From Promethearchaeota archaeon (GTDB lineage: Archaea > Asgardarchaeota > Lokiarchaeia > Sigyniarchaeales > SOKP01): a stretch of DNA of 64,000 bases. Positions 39,002-48,981 of this stretch are shown here, piece after piece. The DNA is taken from the NCBI GenBank assembly GCA_048939995.1, contig JBHLOY010000001.1, forward strand, positions 96,001-160,000. The letters are read 5' to 3'. How positions within the stretch are numbered: position 1 is the first letter of the stretch; the number at the start of each line of letters is the position of its first letter. The translations under genes and the position numbers were made by a program. The notes beneath the pieces were generated by a model. It had not been told where the DNA came from and made no database searches. It worked only from the letters and a program-made list of their open reading frames with translations.

Positions 39002-40654
39002 ATGGTTAAAGAAAAATTATTTGTATGTCGTGAGTGCGGATTTGTATTTCCTAAGGAATTGTCTGAACTCATTGAGTCCAGAACTCAAGTTTACTGTGAA
39101 AGTTGTGGTACACCATTTTCCTTAGAGGGAATTACATTTAAACAACCAGAATTAAAATATCCTAAAAAGCCTATTTTAAAATCTCCGACATACCTAATAA
39201 CTGATAAGAGTAAATCAAAATTAAGTGAAGCTATTAAGAAATTCAATAAGTTTGCTTACTTGCCCATTTTGATATTCTCCGGCATTTTTATTGGTTTTTT
39301 ATTTGAGATATTTATTGATCCAAATAACTGGATTAACATTCTAATTAGTCATTTATCTCTTGGTATAGCAGGATTATTAATAGTTGTATATGACATTAAT
39401 TATATTTCACCCAGAATTGAATCAGAGAAATATGATGAGATCTTATTAGATGCTTTTTGTTTCGGTATATTGGGTTGTATTATTTTTGGTGTAGGGGTTC
39501 TTCTTTTGGTAAAGGGGATTTTAATAATTATCTATGTGATCTTAAATTCTAAAGAAAAAACATACAAAGTTTACAATTTTGGGCTAAAATTAAAGAATTC
39601 ATTAAATGAATTTTCTGCTAAAGCGGGAATAATAATTGCTTTTATGGTTCTATATAGATTCGCTCTAATAAACTTTGATGCTAAATTTATAATAAATATA
39701 GTTGATTTTATTTCTCAGAGAATTAGTAGTTTGGATCAATGGGTAGCATTTACAATTATCTCGATAACCTTAGCAATATATTGCTTCATTCCATTCTTAG
39801 TTCTTATTATTGATACGCGAAGAAGAGAGAAAATTAGAGAGAAGATATTAATCTCATTTAAAATGGCAATCGGTACGATTATCTTAGGAATTTTTGGTAC
39901 GATCTTTTTCGCCATAGGAATTTTCATTTTATTAAAAGGGATACTAATGTTTTTCTTAGCTGCTGGAAAACCAGCAGATTATTCAAAATTTCAAGAAGCT
40001 GTTGGTATGAAAGAAGTTAAGTATCCGGAAGATAGAAAGGAAGAAAAGCCTGAAAAATTAATCCCTAAGGAAGATTATATTATTCCTAAAGAAGAGAAAG
40101 TTGAAAGTTTAGAAGAGTTACGTGGAGTAGAATCAAAAGTGGAGTTACCCGATAAAGAAGTCGAAGAAAGCCCTATTACTAAAGTAGATGAGAAATCTGT
40201 TCAGATCGAAGAAGAGGTTATTAAAGAGAAAGAACCCATAGAAATTGAATCAGTTACGAAAGAACCAGAAACAGATGTAGATAAATTAAGGCTCCACGAT
40301 TCTTTACTCCCAGTAAAAGATGAAAAGGATAAAAAAGTTGTTAAGGAGTACTTCTCGAAAATCTTTACAGTTCTATCAAAGGAGATTAGAAGGCAAATAA
40401 ACGACCTCAAAATACCTAAAAAAGAAAAGAAAGATATTCTAAAAGAATTAGCTTTCTTAACGAAAGAGGAACAAGCTAAATATATTGAAGGTTTAGTAGA
40501 GATATATAAAGAACTTCCAGAAAAGTTAATCGAAAGAATTAAGAAACTTCCAAATGTGAAACCTCAGCATTATAACAAGATTATTGAACAATTGAGATAT
40601 ATGAATGCAGAGGAACAAGTTAATTTTATACATTTTTTAGAGGAAAATGCGTAA
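39002..40654 (+). CDS. Zinc-ribbon membrane protein with acidic cytoplasmic tail
   Basis: CRECG...CESCG, about 6 TM helices with internal duplication, Glu/Lys-rich linker. Confidence 0.7.
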   Translation: MVKEKLFVCRECGFVFPKELSELIESRTQVYCESCGTPFSLEGITFKQPELKYPKKPILKSPTYLITDKSKSKLSEAIKKFNKFAYLPILIFSGIFIGFLFEIFIDPNNWINILISHLSLGIAGLLIVVYDINYISPRIESEKYDEILLDAFCFGILGCIIFGVGVLLLVKGILIIIYVILNSKEKTYKVYNFGLKLKNSLNEFSAKAGIIIAFMVLYRFALINFDAKFIINIVDFISQRISSLDQWVAFTIISITLAIYCFIPFLVLIIDTRRREKIREKILISFKMAIGTIILGIFGTIFFAIGIFILLKGILMFFLAAGKPADYSKFQEAVGMKEVKYPEDRKEEKPEKLIPKEDYIIPKEEKVESLEELRGVESKVELPDKEVEESPITKVDEKSVQIEEEVIKEKEPIEIESVTKEPETDVDKLRLHDSLLPVKDEKDKKVVKEYFSKIFTVLSKEIRRQINDLKIPKKEKKDILKELAFLTKEEQAKYIEGLVEIYKELPEKLIERIKKLPNVKPQHYNKIIEQLRYMNAEEQVNFIHFLEENA

Positions 40655-40670
40655 AAAGTAATGAATTACA

Positions 40671-41555
40671 ATGTCTCTTGAAAGAAAAAAGGAACCAAAA
40701 GAAACTAGGAAAGAAGAAATCTTACAGGAAAGTAAGTTTAGACGCCTAGATTTTACTCCTCTAAAAGAAGAAGAAAAGAGGGAAGTTCCCCCCCAATTTG
40801 ATGAATTAACTGAAATTGAGAGAGATGTTTTAAAAATCGCAAAGAATATTTTAAAATTAAAAAGATATGATGCAGATTTTGATTTAGAAATCGAAACAGA
40901 AGCAGAGCTACAGAAATATCCCATAATTGAGAAGTTATATGCCAAATGTATAGCAAAATTAGCATATAAAAAAGGATATAGTAAAGAGGATATATTTTTA
41001 GCTATAAGGAGTTTAGAAGATAAAACTTGGATTGTCACAAATGAAAGAAGAACAAAATTAGAAATTCTAAATAATGAAAAATTAGTTTCCATCCTAAATT
41101 TTATTGAATCTAATCCCGGCATTCATGCAAGGGATGAAAAAGTCGAAAAGGAATTAGATATTACAAGAACCCCTTTTTTGAAACATATTATGACCTTAGA
41201 GCGATTCAAACTTATACGTTCAAAAAAGATTGGAAAATCATTACATTATTTTGTGGTAGATATTCCAGAGGATTTTGATGAATTAAAAGTGATTTTTACA
41301 AACCCTCTAATTACGGATATTTTAGAAGAATTCGTTAAAGATGAGACCGTGTCAATATCTAGAATCGGTGAAATTCTTGATGTCTATTCTGGAACTATTC
41401 AATATCATATTAAAAAGATGAAGGAGATAGATTTAGTGAAATCTAGCAAAGATCAAAAAAATCAAACTATTCATATCGTAAACATTGAGTTACTAAAGAA
41501 ATACAATAATATCTTCAAGGAACCCGATTTTTCAAAATTACTGGATGGCTTATGA
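40671..41555 (+). CDS. Multi-wHTH transcription regulator-like protein
   Basis: ILNFIESNPGIH...HIMTLERFKLI; ISRIGEILDVYSGTIQYHIKKM. Confidence 0.7.
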   Translation: MSLERKKEPKETRKEEILQESKFRRLDFTPLKEEEKREVPPQFDELTEIERDVLKIAKNILKLKRYDADFDLEIETEAELQKYPIIEKLYAKCIAKLAYKKGYSKEDIFLAIRSLEDKTWIVTNERRTKLEILNNEKLVSILNFIESNPGIHARDEKVEKELDITRTPFLKHIMTLERFKLIRSKKIGKSLHYFVVDIPEDFDELKVIFTNPLITDILEEFVKDETVSISRIGEILDVYSGTIQYHIKKMKEIDLVKSSKDQKNQTIHIVNIELLKKYNNIFKEPDFSKLLDGL

Positions 41556-41563
41556 ATTGTTCT

Positions 41564-42436
41564 TTAAATTAAAACTGATTTTATCTTGGGTAAAGAGCTT
41601 ATCAGTATTTTTATGGCAGTTTCAATCCCTTTCTCCATGTTAGGATGCAATTCATTCGAGTGGAGTAAATCATATTCAGGATGTCCTGGTAAATCTGAGA
41701 TTGAAAGGATTGATGCTGTCTTAAGATTGTATAACATTCCCAGTAAAAATAGTATAGATGATTCCATGTCTATTACCTTAACATTAATTGAATCCAAGAC
41801 TCTTACAAATTCGAAAGTTTCACAAAATAAAGCATCCGTTGTCCAGAGATCTGCTTCAATTGCTTTGATTAGAGAATTAGCTTCTCTTAATAATATTTCA
41901 TTTAAGATCTGATTAGGTTTAGAAATAAAAATTGTCTGATTGCCAGTAATAACATTTTGAATAGAAGATAAAGGATTGTTTATTGATTCTAATTGGTTTA
42001 CGATGCTTGGATTTGTACGGATATATTGTGGACTAGTTCCATCATCGCAATAAGCCAATCTTGGTATTACTATATTCCCTACTTCAATAATATCTTCTGT
42101 GTTTACAACTCCTCCACAGATATCGACTCTAATCACTATTTTTGCTTTAGATCTTTTTAGACATTCAATAACAAGAGCAGTATTGGGGCATCCCATTTGA
42201 GATCTTATTATGCTCACTTTTATTCCATTTAGAAAGCCATTATAAACTCTACCATGTGTAACTTTATTTTGTAGTTTTTGAATTAGTTTTTTCATTACAA
42301 TTTTTGTAGCTGGTAAAATAACAATTTCATTAACATTAGAGGAGGCTGTTTCTAAAATCATTCTCACGATTTTCTCATCAACACTAACAAATTTTAATCC
42401 AAAATTTAGTATCTCACTTTTTATTTTATTAAACAT
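41564..42436 (-). CDS. Nucleoside phosphorylase (PNP/UDP family)
   Basis: MGCPNT, IRVDICGG, DDGTS, WTTDALF, IDMESS, SISD. Confidence 0.8.
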   Translation of the reverse strand: MFNKIKSEILNFGLKFVSVDEKIVRMILETASSNVNEIVILPATKIVMKKLIQKLQNKVTHGRVYNGFLNGIKVSIIRSQMGCPNTALVIECLKRSKAKIVIRVDICGGVVNTEDIIEVGNIVIPRLAYCDDGTSPQYIRTNPSIVNQLESINNPLSSIQNVITGNQTIFISKPNQILNEILLREANSLIKAIEADLWTTDALFCETFEFVRVLDSINVKVIDMESSILFLLGMLYNLKTASILSISDLPGHPEYDLLHSNELHPNMEKGIETAIKILISSLPKIKSVLI

Positions 42437-42605
42437 TATTTATTCGATTTATATATTAATTAGATTTTAATTATATTTTATAAGCGGCTTGCTAATTAGA
42501 TTAGGACTTATATTTCTTAATAATAATTTTTAATATCTTAATAAAATACATTACTCTATAGTTATAAATTAGTAGGATACGTAGAATTTTAGGTGCCTCC
42601 TTAAA

Positions 42606-43895
42606 ATGAAAAAACAATTCATTGTCGATAATGAAATAACAAATGAATTCGTCGAAACTTATACTAAAACCACTTATCGAATAATTGGGCCACATAGACA
42701 TACAGCAATTAAACCATGCCATTGGTTAGAACAACGATTAATGACAGGGAGAGATAATAGGAATTGTTATAAAGGAGTATTTGGAGTTAAGAGTCACAGA
42801 TGCTTGCAGAATACACCATCATTACCTTTCTGTAATCATCAATGTGTTTTTTGTTGGAGAGACATTGAAATAGGGAGCCTTGGAAGCGAATTTATTGTTG
42901 AACCAGATGATCCAAAAGAATTAATTGAAGAAATGATTCGTCACCACCAAGATATTATTACTAATCACCTCCCATTAAGAAGATATTTAGAAAATTATGA
43001 AATTATGATTGATCTTCTTTATTATATACTAACGGAAAACTCTCAACAAAACATGAACTCACTTTCCAATTCTCTTCAAATAAGCAAAAGTAAGCTTGAA
43101 AGAGCAATAAACCTGTTAAAAAACCAAGAGTTCATAAGACCAGTTAATTCCACCTTAAAGAGTTTTATTTTAGATCAAGAGATTTCGTGTTGTATAGATT
43201 CCAGAGAAGAAGTTGAAATTTTAATTAATAGAGAGTTAACTTCTCCTGATGATATCATGCAAGCTCATAGTGAAGCAATGTATCCAAATCATGCTGCCAT
43301 ATCTTTAGATGGTGAGCCATTATTGTATCCCTTGATGAGTGATCTTATTAAAGAATTTAGAAATGAAAAAATGACCACATTCCTAGTAACTAATGGTACT
43401 CTACCAGATAAGTTAGAAAATTTAATGTCATTACCTAGTCAACTTTATCTTACTTTACCAGCCCCTAATGAAAAGCTGTACAAAAAAATTTGCCGTCCAA
43501 TGATCAAAAATGGTTGGGACAGCATCAATAGAAGTTTAGAGCTATTAGATTCATTATCTTGTAGAAGTTTAGTGAGATTGACAGCTGTTAAGGATTTGAA
43601 TCTCAATGAGAGTTTTATTAAAGATTATACAAAACTAATCGAAAAAGCAAATCCAAACTTTTTTGAGTTAAAAGGTTTTACTCTACAGGCTAAAGCACTT
43701 ATGATTAAAGATAGGCTTAAGACTGATACGCATATCCAGAATTTTTTCCCAGATTACGAATATTTACAAGAAATCGCCCATAAATTTGAATCAATCGGTA
43801 ATTTCCCGTTAATTTACACCAATAAAGCAAGCAGGGATTTCCTTTTTGCTGTTAATTGGAATAAAGATGAAGATCCTTCAATTAAAATCCCATAA
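42606..43895 (+). CDS. taw1: 4-demethylwyosine synthase Taw1/TYW1 (radical SAM) with internal insertion
   Basis: HTAIKPCHW, CYK..FG..SHRCLQ.TP, CNHQCVFCWR, HAAISLDGEP, TFLVTNG, ELKGF. Confidence 0.9.
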   Translation: MKKQFIVDNEITNEFVETYTKTTYRIIGPHRHTAIKPCHWLEQRLMTGRDNRNCYKGVFGVKSHRCLQNTPSLPFCNHQCVFCWRDIEIGSLGSEFIVEPDDPKELIEEMIRHHQDIITNHLPLRRYLENYEIMIDLLYYILTENSQQNMNSLSNSLQISKSKLERAINLLKNQEFIRPVNSTLKSFILDQEISCCIDSREEVEILINRELTSPDDIMQAHSEAMYPNHAAISLDGEPLLYPLMSDLIKEFRNEKMTTFLVTNGTLPDKLENLMSLPSQLYLTLPAPNEKLYKKICRPMIKNGWDSINRSLELLDSLSCRSLVRLTAVKDLNLNESFIKDYTKLIEKANPNFFELKGFTLQAKALMIKDRLKTDTHIQNFFPDYEYLQEIAHKFESIGNFPLIYTNKASRDFLFAVNWNKDEDPSIKIP

Positions 43896-43904
43896 ATCCA
43901 TTAA

Positions 43905-44552
43905 TCATTTTAAACTAGCTCGTTTTCTAAGGAAGAAGTAAATAAACTGATTTAATTTGCCAAAATTAATTTTTTTCAAAGCAGAAAATTCTAAAAAAGG
44001 TATTTTATATTTATTTTCATCTCGAAGATAATCGTCAAGATTAATTAATTCTATTCCAAATTCTTTAGCACCTTCGATTAATAATGATATAATCTGTTCT
44101 TTATCTCTATTGGATATTTTATCTATCTTATTAATAATTAATAGAAGTGGAATCTCAAATTCACTTAAAAATTTTAGTAATTCAAAACTCAAGGGAATAC
44201 TTTCTTGGCTTTTCACAAAATATTTACGGAGTTCATCTTCAATTCTTAATATATTAACTACCACCAAGCCAAGAAAATATTCAAAATAATGATTCTCTAT
44301 ATGAATCACTATTTGTTTTTTAATATGTTCTTCCCGCCTTTGACTAGATCGTTCCATATAGCCAAATCCGGGTAAATCAACAATCGTATAAGGAAGATCA
44401 GGTTGGGTAATTCGTTTGATTAGCAAGGTACTGCCAGGCTTTTTACCTGATTTACCTTTATATTTACTAGGTTGGGGTATCAAAAGTTTCGTTATTGCAC
44501 TTTTTCCTACATTTGAATTTCCAATGATTAATAGTAAAGGTTTATCTCTCAT
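43905..44552 (-). CDS. engB: EngB/YihA-like GTP-binding protein
   Basis: GNSNVGKS, KPGST, DLPGFGY, NKIDK, FSAL. Confidence 0.8.
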   Translation of the reverse strand: MRDKPLLLIIGNSNVGKSAITKLLIPQPSKYKGKSGKKPGSTLLIKRITQPDLPYTIVDLPGFGYMERSSQRREEHIKKQIVIHIENHYFEYFLGLVVVNILRIEDELRKYFVKSQESIPLSFELLKFLSEFEIPLLLIINKIDKISNRDKEQIISLLIEGAKEFGIELINLDDYLRDENKYKIPFLEFSALKKINFGKLNQFIYFFLRKRASLK

Positions 44553-44569
44553 AAAATAAGTAAAGTTAG

Positions 44570-45469
44570 TTATATATCCTTAAAATCTTCTTTGAGAAAA
44601 TCTGAAAATATTTTCTTTTTTTCTTCCTCCTCTATAACAGGTTTAGTTATTATTGGTTCTCCTGCTTGTTCTAACAACTCCTTCAATACTTTTACTCCTA
44701 TATTTACTTTAAATTTTCCTCCACTTAGAAACCGAACTACTTGTTTTTCATTTAATGTTAGCCTTAAAATATAACCTAATCCAAAATAAAACTGATGTTC
44801 AGGTATAGGATCAATTGGGCTTTTGCTTGTGTTTTCTTTTAAAATGTCATACAATAATTCTTTACTAGCTATATGATCTTCCGCTTGAAAGACCAAATAA
44901 TGTAGTGCATGGTACCAGACTTTATCCTTTTTTTCTTTTATATAATCCAGAAACTTTTCTGCGGTCACTACTTCCTTTTCTTCCTTGATTCGCCTTTCTA
45001 AAAGCTCTTGTTTGATTCGTTCTTCTAAATCTGAAGATATTATCGATACAGATTGATCCTTTGTTTCACTTGCTTCTTCAGTTTGTTCCTTTTTAACAGA
45101 TTCAATCGCTTCTCGCATATCTTGTAATTCTTCAAAGGGGATTTCTTCCAAATCTGAGAAATCTGAAGCCATCGCTTCCCTTTGAGATAAATATTCATCT
45201 AACTGTCCACTATCAGCTTCTGGTTGAGTTTTTAGCTCTTCAACAATATCTAAATCAGTAATTTCATTAGCAGAAGTTGAAGCCATTTCTTTTACTTTAG
45301 AGATAGCTTGTTGTATATCTTTTAACTCTTCAAGATCAATATCATCTAAATCGGAAAAATCACTTTCGAGGTTTTCCATTTCAGAAAAGTATACCTCTAA
45401 ATCATCTTTTTTGGGCTTTCCCTCCTCTTCTTCTAACTTATCTTCATCTTTGTTTTGATTTTCAGGCAT
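44570..45469 (-). CDS. Acidic hypothetical protein with duplicated helical motif and wHTH-like C-terminus
   Basis: SDFSDL...EELxDxxxAI repeated twice. Confidence 0.65.
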   Translation of the reverse strand: MPENQNKDEDKLEEEEGKPKKDDLEVYFSEMENLESDFSDLDDIDLEELKDIQQAISKVKEMASTSANEITDLDIVEELKTQPEADSGQLDEYLSQREAMASDFSDLEEIPFEELQDMREAIESVKKEQTEEASETKDQSVSIISSDLEERIKQELLERRIKEEKEVVTAEKFLDYIKEKKDKVWYHALHYLVFQAEDHIASKELLYDILKENTSKSPIDPIPEHQFYFGLGYILRLTLNEKQVVRFLSGGKFKVNIGVKVLKELLEQAGEPIITKPVIEEEEKKKIFSDFLKEDFKDI

Positions 45470-45653
45470 AATTCAATAAATAAGAAGATAATGCTATGAA
45501 ATCTTAAGGATCCTTAATATTAATAATATCTCTTTAATTCTATAAATTTTAAGATTCTTATAATGAAGAATTATTTTCCATTATGGATTAAAAAACTAAA
45601 TTTAATACAATAAAAATGATTAACTAGATATACCACAAGATAGTGAATTCTAA

Positions 45654-46202
45654 ATGGATGAAATTAAATTCAAAATTGTAGTTATTGGAGATGCGGCGGT
45701 AGGAAAAACTTCATTAATAAGAAAGTATACTAAGGGTGATTTTCAAGAAGACTATATTGCAACGCTTGGAGCCCAGTTTACTCAATATGAAGAGAGAATC
45801 GAGAATGTCAACTTTAAACTAATATTTTGGGATATAGCTGGCCAAGAAGTATTCGAACAAATGCGTAAAAAATTTTACTCTGGAAGTAAAGGTGGAATTA
45901 TTGTTTTTTCACATTCTCCCGAACAACAAAATAGTTTTAGAAATGTAGATAAGTGGCTTTCAGAAATCCGAAAGAATTGTGGAAAAATTCAAATAATATT
46001 ATTTGGAAATAAAATTGATTTGGTGGATGAAAACGAATTGCGCAGAAATGAGAATTTAGACTGTTCTGATCCGAACGTAGAGAAATATGTTAAAGATAAT
46101 GATTTCTTAGGATATTATAAAACAAGTGCATTAACAGGTCAAGGAGTGTACGAAGCTTTTTACGCATTAGCAAAAAGACTACATTCTTTAAAAAATCATT
46201 AA
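45654..46202 (+). CDS. Rab-like small GTPase
   Basis: GDAAVGKT, YIATLG, WDIAGQE, GNKID, TSAL; no C-terminal prenylation Cys. Confidence 0.9.
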   Translation: MDEIKFKIVVIGDAAVGKTSLIRKYTKGDFQEDYIATLGAQFTQYEERIENVNFKLIFWDIAGQEVFEQMRKKFYSGSKGGIIVFSHSPEQQNSFRNVDKWLSEIRKNCGKIQIILFGNKIDLVDENELRRNENLDCSDPNVEKYVKDNDFLGYYKTSALTGQGVYEAFYALAKRLHSLKNH

Positions 46203-46242
46203 AAAAGTAAATATTGTAAAAGAAACAGTAAATTTAAAAAAT

Positions 46243-48495
46243 TTAAGTACGTTTATAGATAAACCTTTCCCAAGATTTTGTGGATGGCATTTCTTCGGGC
46301 ATACCTTTACGTTTTCTGATCTCCAAAATTAGATCTTCTTCTAGAGAGGGAGGAACTTTTTCAAAATTTTTGAATTCATAACCAAAGAAGGCTCGTCCTT
46401 GAGTTGAACTTCTAATTTCATCAGCTATACCCACAATTTCAGCAGCAGGAATCTGTCCTTGAACTCTTACATATTCTCCTTCTGGGATGACATTATTAAT
46501 TCTACCCCTATGTTTACTGATGATTGAGCTTATAGATCCTTCCGTACCTTGAGGTGTTTTTACATCTATTTTTTGTACTGGCTCAAAGAGATGTGGATCG
46601 GCATTTAGCATCGCAAGAGAGAGAGCAGAGTATGTCATAGCTGCTGTTTGGGCAAATTGTGTATGACGTGGGTCTTCGTGAATTACTAAATCTGTAAACA
46701 CAGCTCTAATACCCATTGCTGGTTCTTTTGCTATAATACATTCATCAATCCAATTTCTAAAGGAACTGATAAGATCATTTTTAATTCTATCAAATCTTTG
46801 TAGACCTGTTGCTCCATTTACGAGTAGATTCCCTTTATATACATCAATAATACGTCGTGCTTCTTTTGCATCCCAACCTGCTTTTTCTCTTAATATTTGA
46901 GCACGTTCTTTTTCGTCTTGTAAATCAGTAATATATCCTTCATCAATTAATTCTTCTGTTTTATCATCTAGAGGTTCAACATATAAGATGATTCGATTAT
47001 GTGCGTTAGATGATTTTGTGTTAAACTCTTTACTTCGGTGAGTGATTTTTTCTCTATAAACTATAATAGGTTCTCCAATATCAATCTGAACTTGGTTATT
47101 AATTCTTTTGGTAAGGATTTCAATCTGTAATGGATCGATCCCACTCAAAATATACTCCATTGATTCTTTATTTAATCTAAATTCGGCAGTTGGATCAGCT
47201 TGTAGCCATTTATTGACAACTTCACCTAATTTAGCTAGTTCCTGGGCATCTTTAGCTTTAACACTTCTTGATACAACCGCTTTACAAGCATAATGTATCT
47301 TCTCAAACGTTGGAATTTTTGAAATATCTTCCTTATCTTTCGGAACATTATCAGCATGAATGAAGGTCTCACCTGATGGACAAATAAATCCATATAGAGC
47401 AAATAAGTTGCCTGCTGGAACTCTTGGAATATCTAAAATATCTGTAATTTCCATTACCCCTAATCTTTTAACTCTATTTGAAGTACGGCTTCCGAGAAGA
47501 TAAATACTATCTGTCTGATCGAAAGTTCCTGAAAAAACACGACCAATTAAAGTAGCTTGATAATTTCGTTTGGGATCTAAGAATATCTTCGTAATCATAC
47601 CATATAATGGCCCTTTTGGATCACTTTTTACAAGTGCCTGACCAAGTTCTGAATTTAAATCTCCACCCCAAAGATGAGGAATTCTATACTTCGATGCTGA
47701 GATTGGATCTGGTAAATGATCAACAACCATTCTTAGCATTGGTTCATCAAGAGGGAGGTTATCTCTTAGCCATTGAATATCACCTTCGTTATATTTTTCA
47801 AAAACGGTTACCGGGGTTAGACCTTTTTCTTTTAGAATCTCGTAGGTAAACCCCCAGCCATGTTTTGCTGATCCAACGGCCACACTATTTTTAGCGAAGT
47901 CAACTCCCCAGTCTGATCCCTCAGGTCTTACTTTTTTAATCAGTTCATTCACTTGGCTTGTAATTTCGTCTATCTTTGCGTATGTATCTTTTGGGCTTAA
48001 TTTTAATTCACTTATTAATCTATCAACCTTATTGATAAAAAGTACAGGTTTGCAATATTCTTCTCCAACTGCAAGACGAATATTCGTCTCCGTTTGAGTC
48101 ATAACCCCTTCTAATGCATCAACTAAAATCATAGCTCCATCACTACCTCTTAAAGCTCGAGATACCTCTCCAGTGAAGGAAATATGACCAGGAGTATCAT
48201 TCAATTGGAGGATATATGGCTCATTATCATCAGGATTTCTTTCATCTCTAAATGCTAATAAAACAACACTGGTAAAAATCGTAATACCTCTTTCTTGCTC
48301 TTCATCATCTGAGTCCGTCATTTGGAGTTGTCCAGCATCTTCTGGACGCATAAGACCAGCTCGTCGTAATAAGTAATCGGTAGCAGTGGTTTTTCCATGA
48401 TCGATATGAGCAGTTATACTGAATATTCTTTTCTTCTCATATGAACCAGAAGTCACCAGCTTCGCGATTTCTTCCGGATTCTTTACTTTAACCAT
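46243..48495 (-). CDS. fusA: Archaeal elongation factor 2 homologue (possibly the aEF-2p paralogue)
   Basis: AHIDHGKTT, EQERGITI, DTPGH, NKVD, RSSTQGRA; diphthamide loop reads HEDPRHTQ. Confidence 0.88.
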   Translation of the reverse strand: MVKVKNPEEIAKLVTSGSYEKKRIFSITAHIDHGKTTATDYLLRRAGLMRPEDAGQLQMTDSDDEEQERGITIFTSVVLLAFRDERNPDDNEPYILQLNDTPGHISFTGEVSRALRGSDGAMILVDALEGVMTQTETNIRLAVGEEYCKPVLFINKVDRLISELKLSPKDTYAKIDEITSQVNELIKKVRPEGSDWGVDFAKNSVAVGSAKHGWGFTYEILKEKGLTPVTVFEKYNEGDIQWLRDNLPLDEPMLRMVVDHLPDPISASKYRIPHLWGGDLNSELGQALVKSDPKGPLYGMITKIFLDPKRNYQATLIGRVFSGTFDQTDSIYLLGSRTSNRVKRLGVMEITDILDIPRVPAGNLFALYGFICPSGETFIHADNVPKDKEDISKIPTFEKIHYACKAVVSRSVKAKDAQELAKLGEVVNKWLQADPTAEFRLNKESMEYILSGIDPLQIEILTKRINNQVQIDIGEPIIVYREKITHRSKEFNTKSSNAHNRIILYVEPLDDKTEELIDEGYITDLQDEKERAQILREKAGWDAKEARRIIDVYKGNLLVNGATGLQRFDRIKNDLISSFRNWIDECIIAKEPAMGIRAVFTDLVIHEDPRHTQFAQTAAMTYSALSLAMLNADPHLFEPVQKIDVKTPQGTEGSISSIISKHRGRINNVIPEGEYVRVQGQIPAAEIVGIADEIRSSTQGRAFFGYEFKNFEKVPPSLEEDLILEIRKRKGMPEEMPSTKSWERFIYKRT

Positions 48496-48662
48496 TAAAA
48501 GTTCACATTAAGTTAATTCTAATTGATTTAAAATGTTGCAATTGTGAAAAAAAATATGTCAAATCATAAAAATTTTATGTTTTGATTGTATAAATTTGAG
48601 ATCGTTAGAAAATGAAATCAATTTGAATCAACAAAAACTAAAAAAAAGATAAAAATATAATT

Positions 48663-48974
48663 TTAGTCAGAAATGCGTTCTAATTTGAAACAAACAGGTC
48701 GTATTCCGTCTGGACACGCTGTATAGATCATATTCTCTCCAGTCCAAGTAGGAAAGCCCCCACCACGTTGCAAAATAGACACATTTTTATATAATCCAAA
48801 CCAAGCATGATGACAAAAGCCTTCCGGCATATTTGCTGTTTCATCAACAAGAAATTCTCTTCCTTCAGTCATCCCACATTTCTTTATAGGGGTTCCATCA
48901 GGCCGGATAAACTCATAACCGAGTACATCTTCAGGACCAAATTGTTTCACAACTGTGATTTTTACTTTGTTCAC
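48663..48974 (-). CDS. TIGR04076-family protein
   Basis: VKITVV, C, PEGFCHHAW, CPDGIRPVCFKLERI. Confidence 0.8.
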   Translation of the reverse strand: MNKVKITVVKQFGPEDVLGYEFIRPDGTPIKKCGMTEGREFLVDETANMPEGFCHHAWFGLYKNVSILQRGGGFPTWTGENMIYTACPDGIRPVCFKLERISD

Positions 48975-48981
48975 GATTTTC

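Noticed and set aside
42970-43260. Intein in Taw1
   Set aside because: No N-terminal C/S block, no C-terminal HN followed by C/S/T, and no LAGLIDADG motifs.
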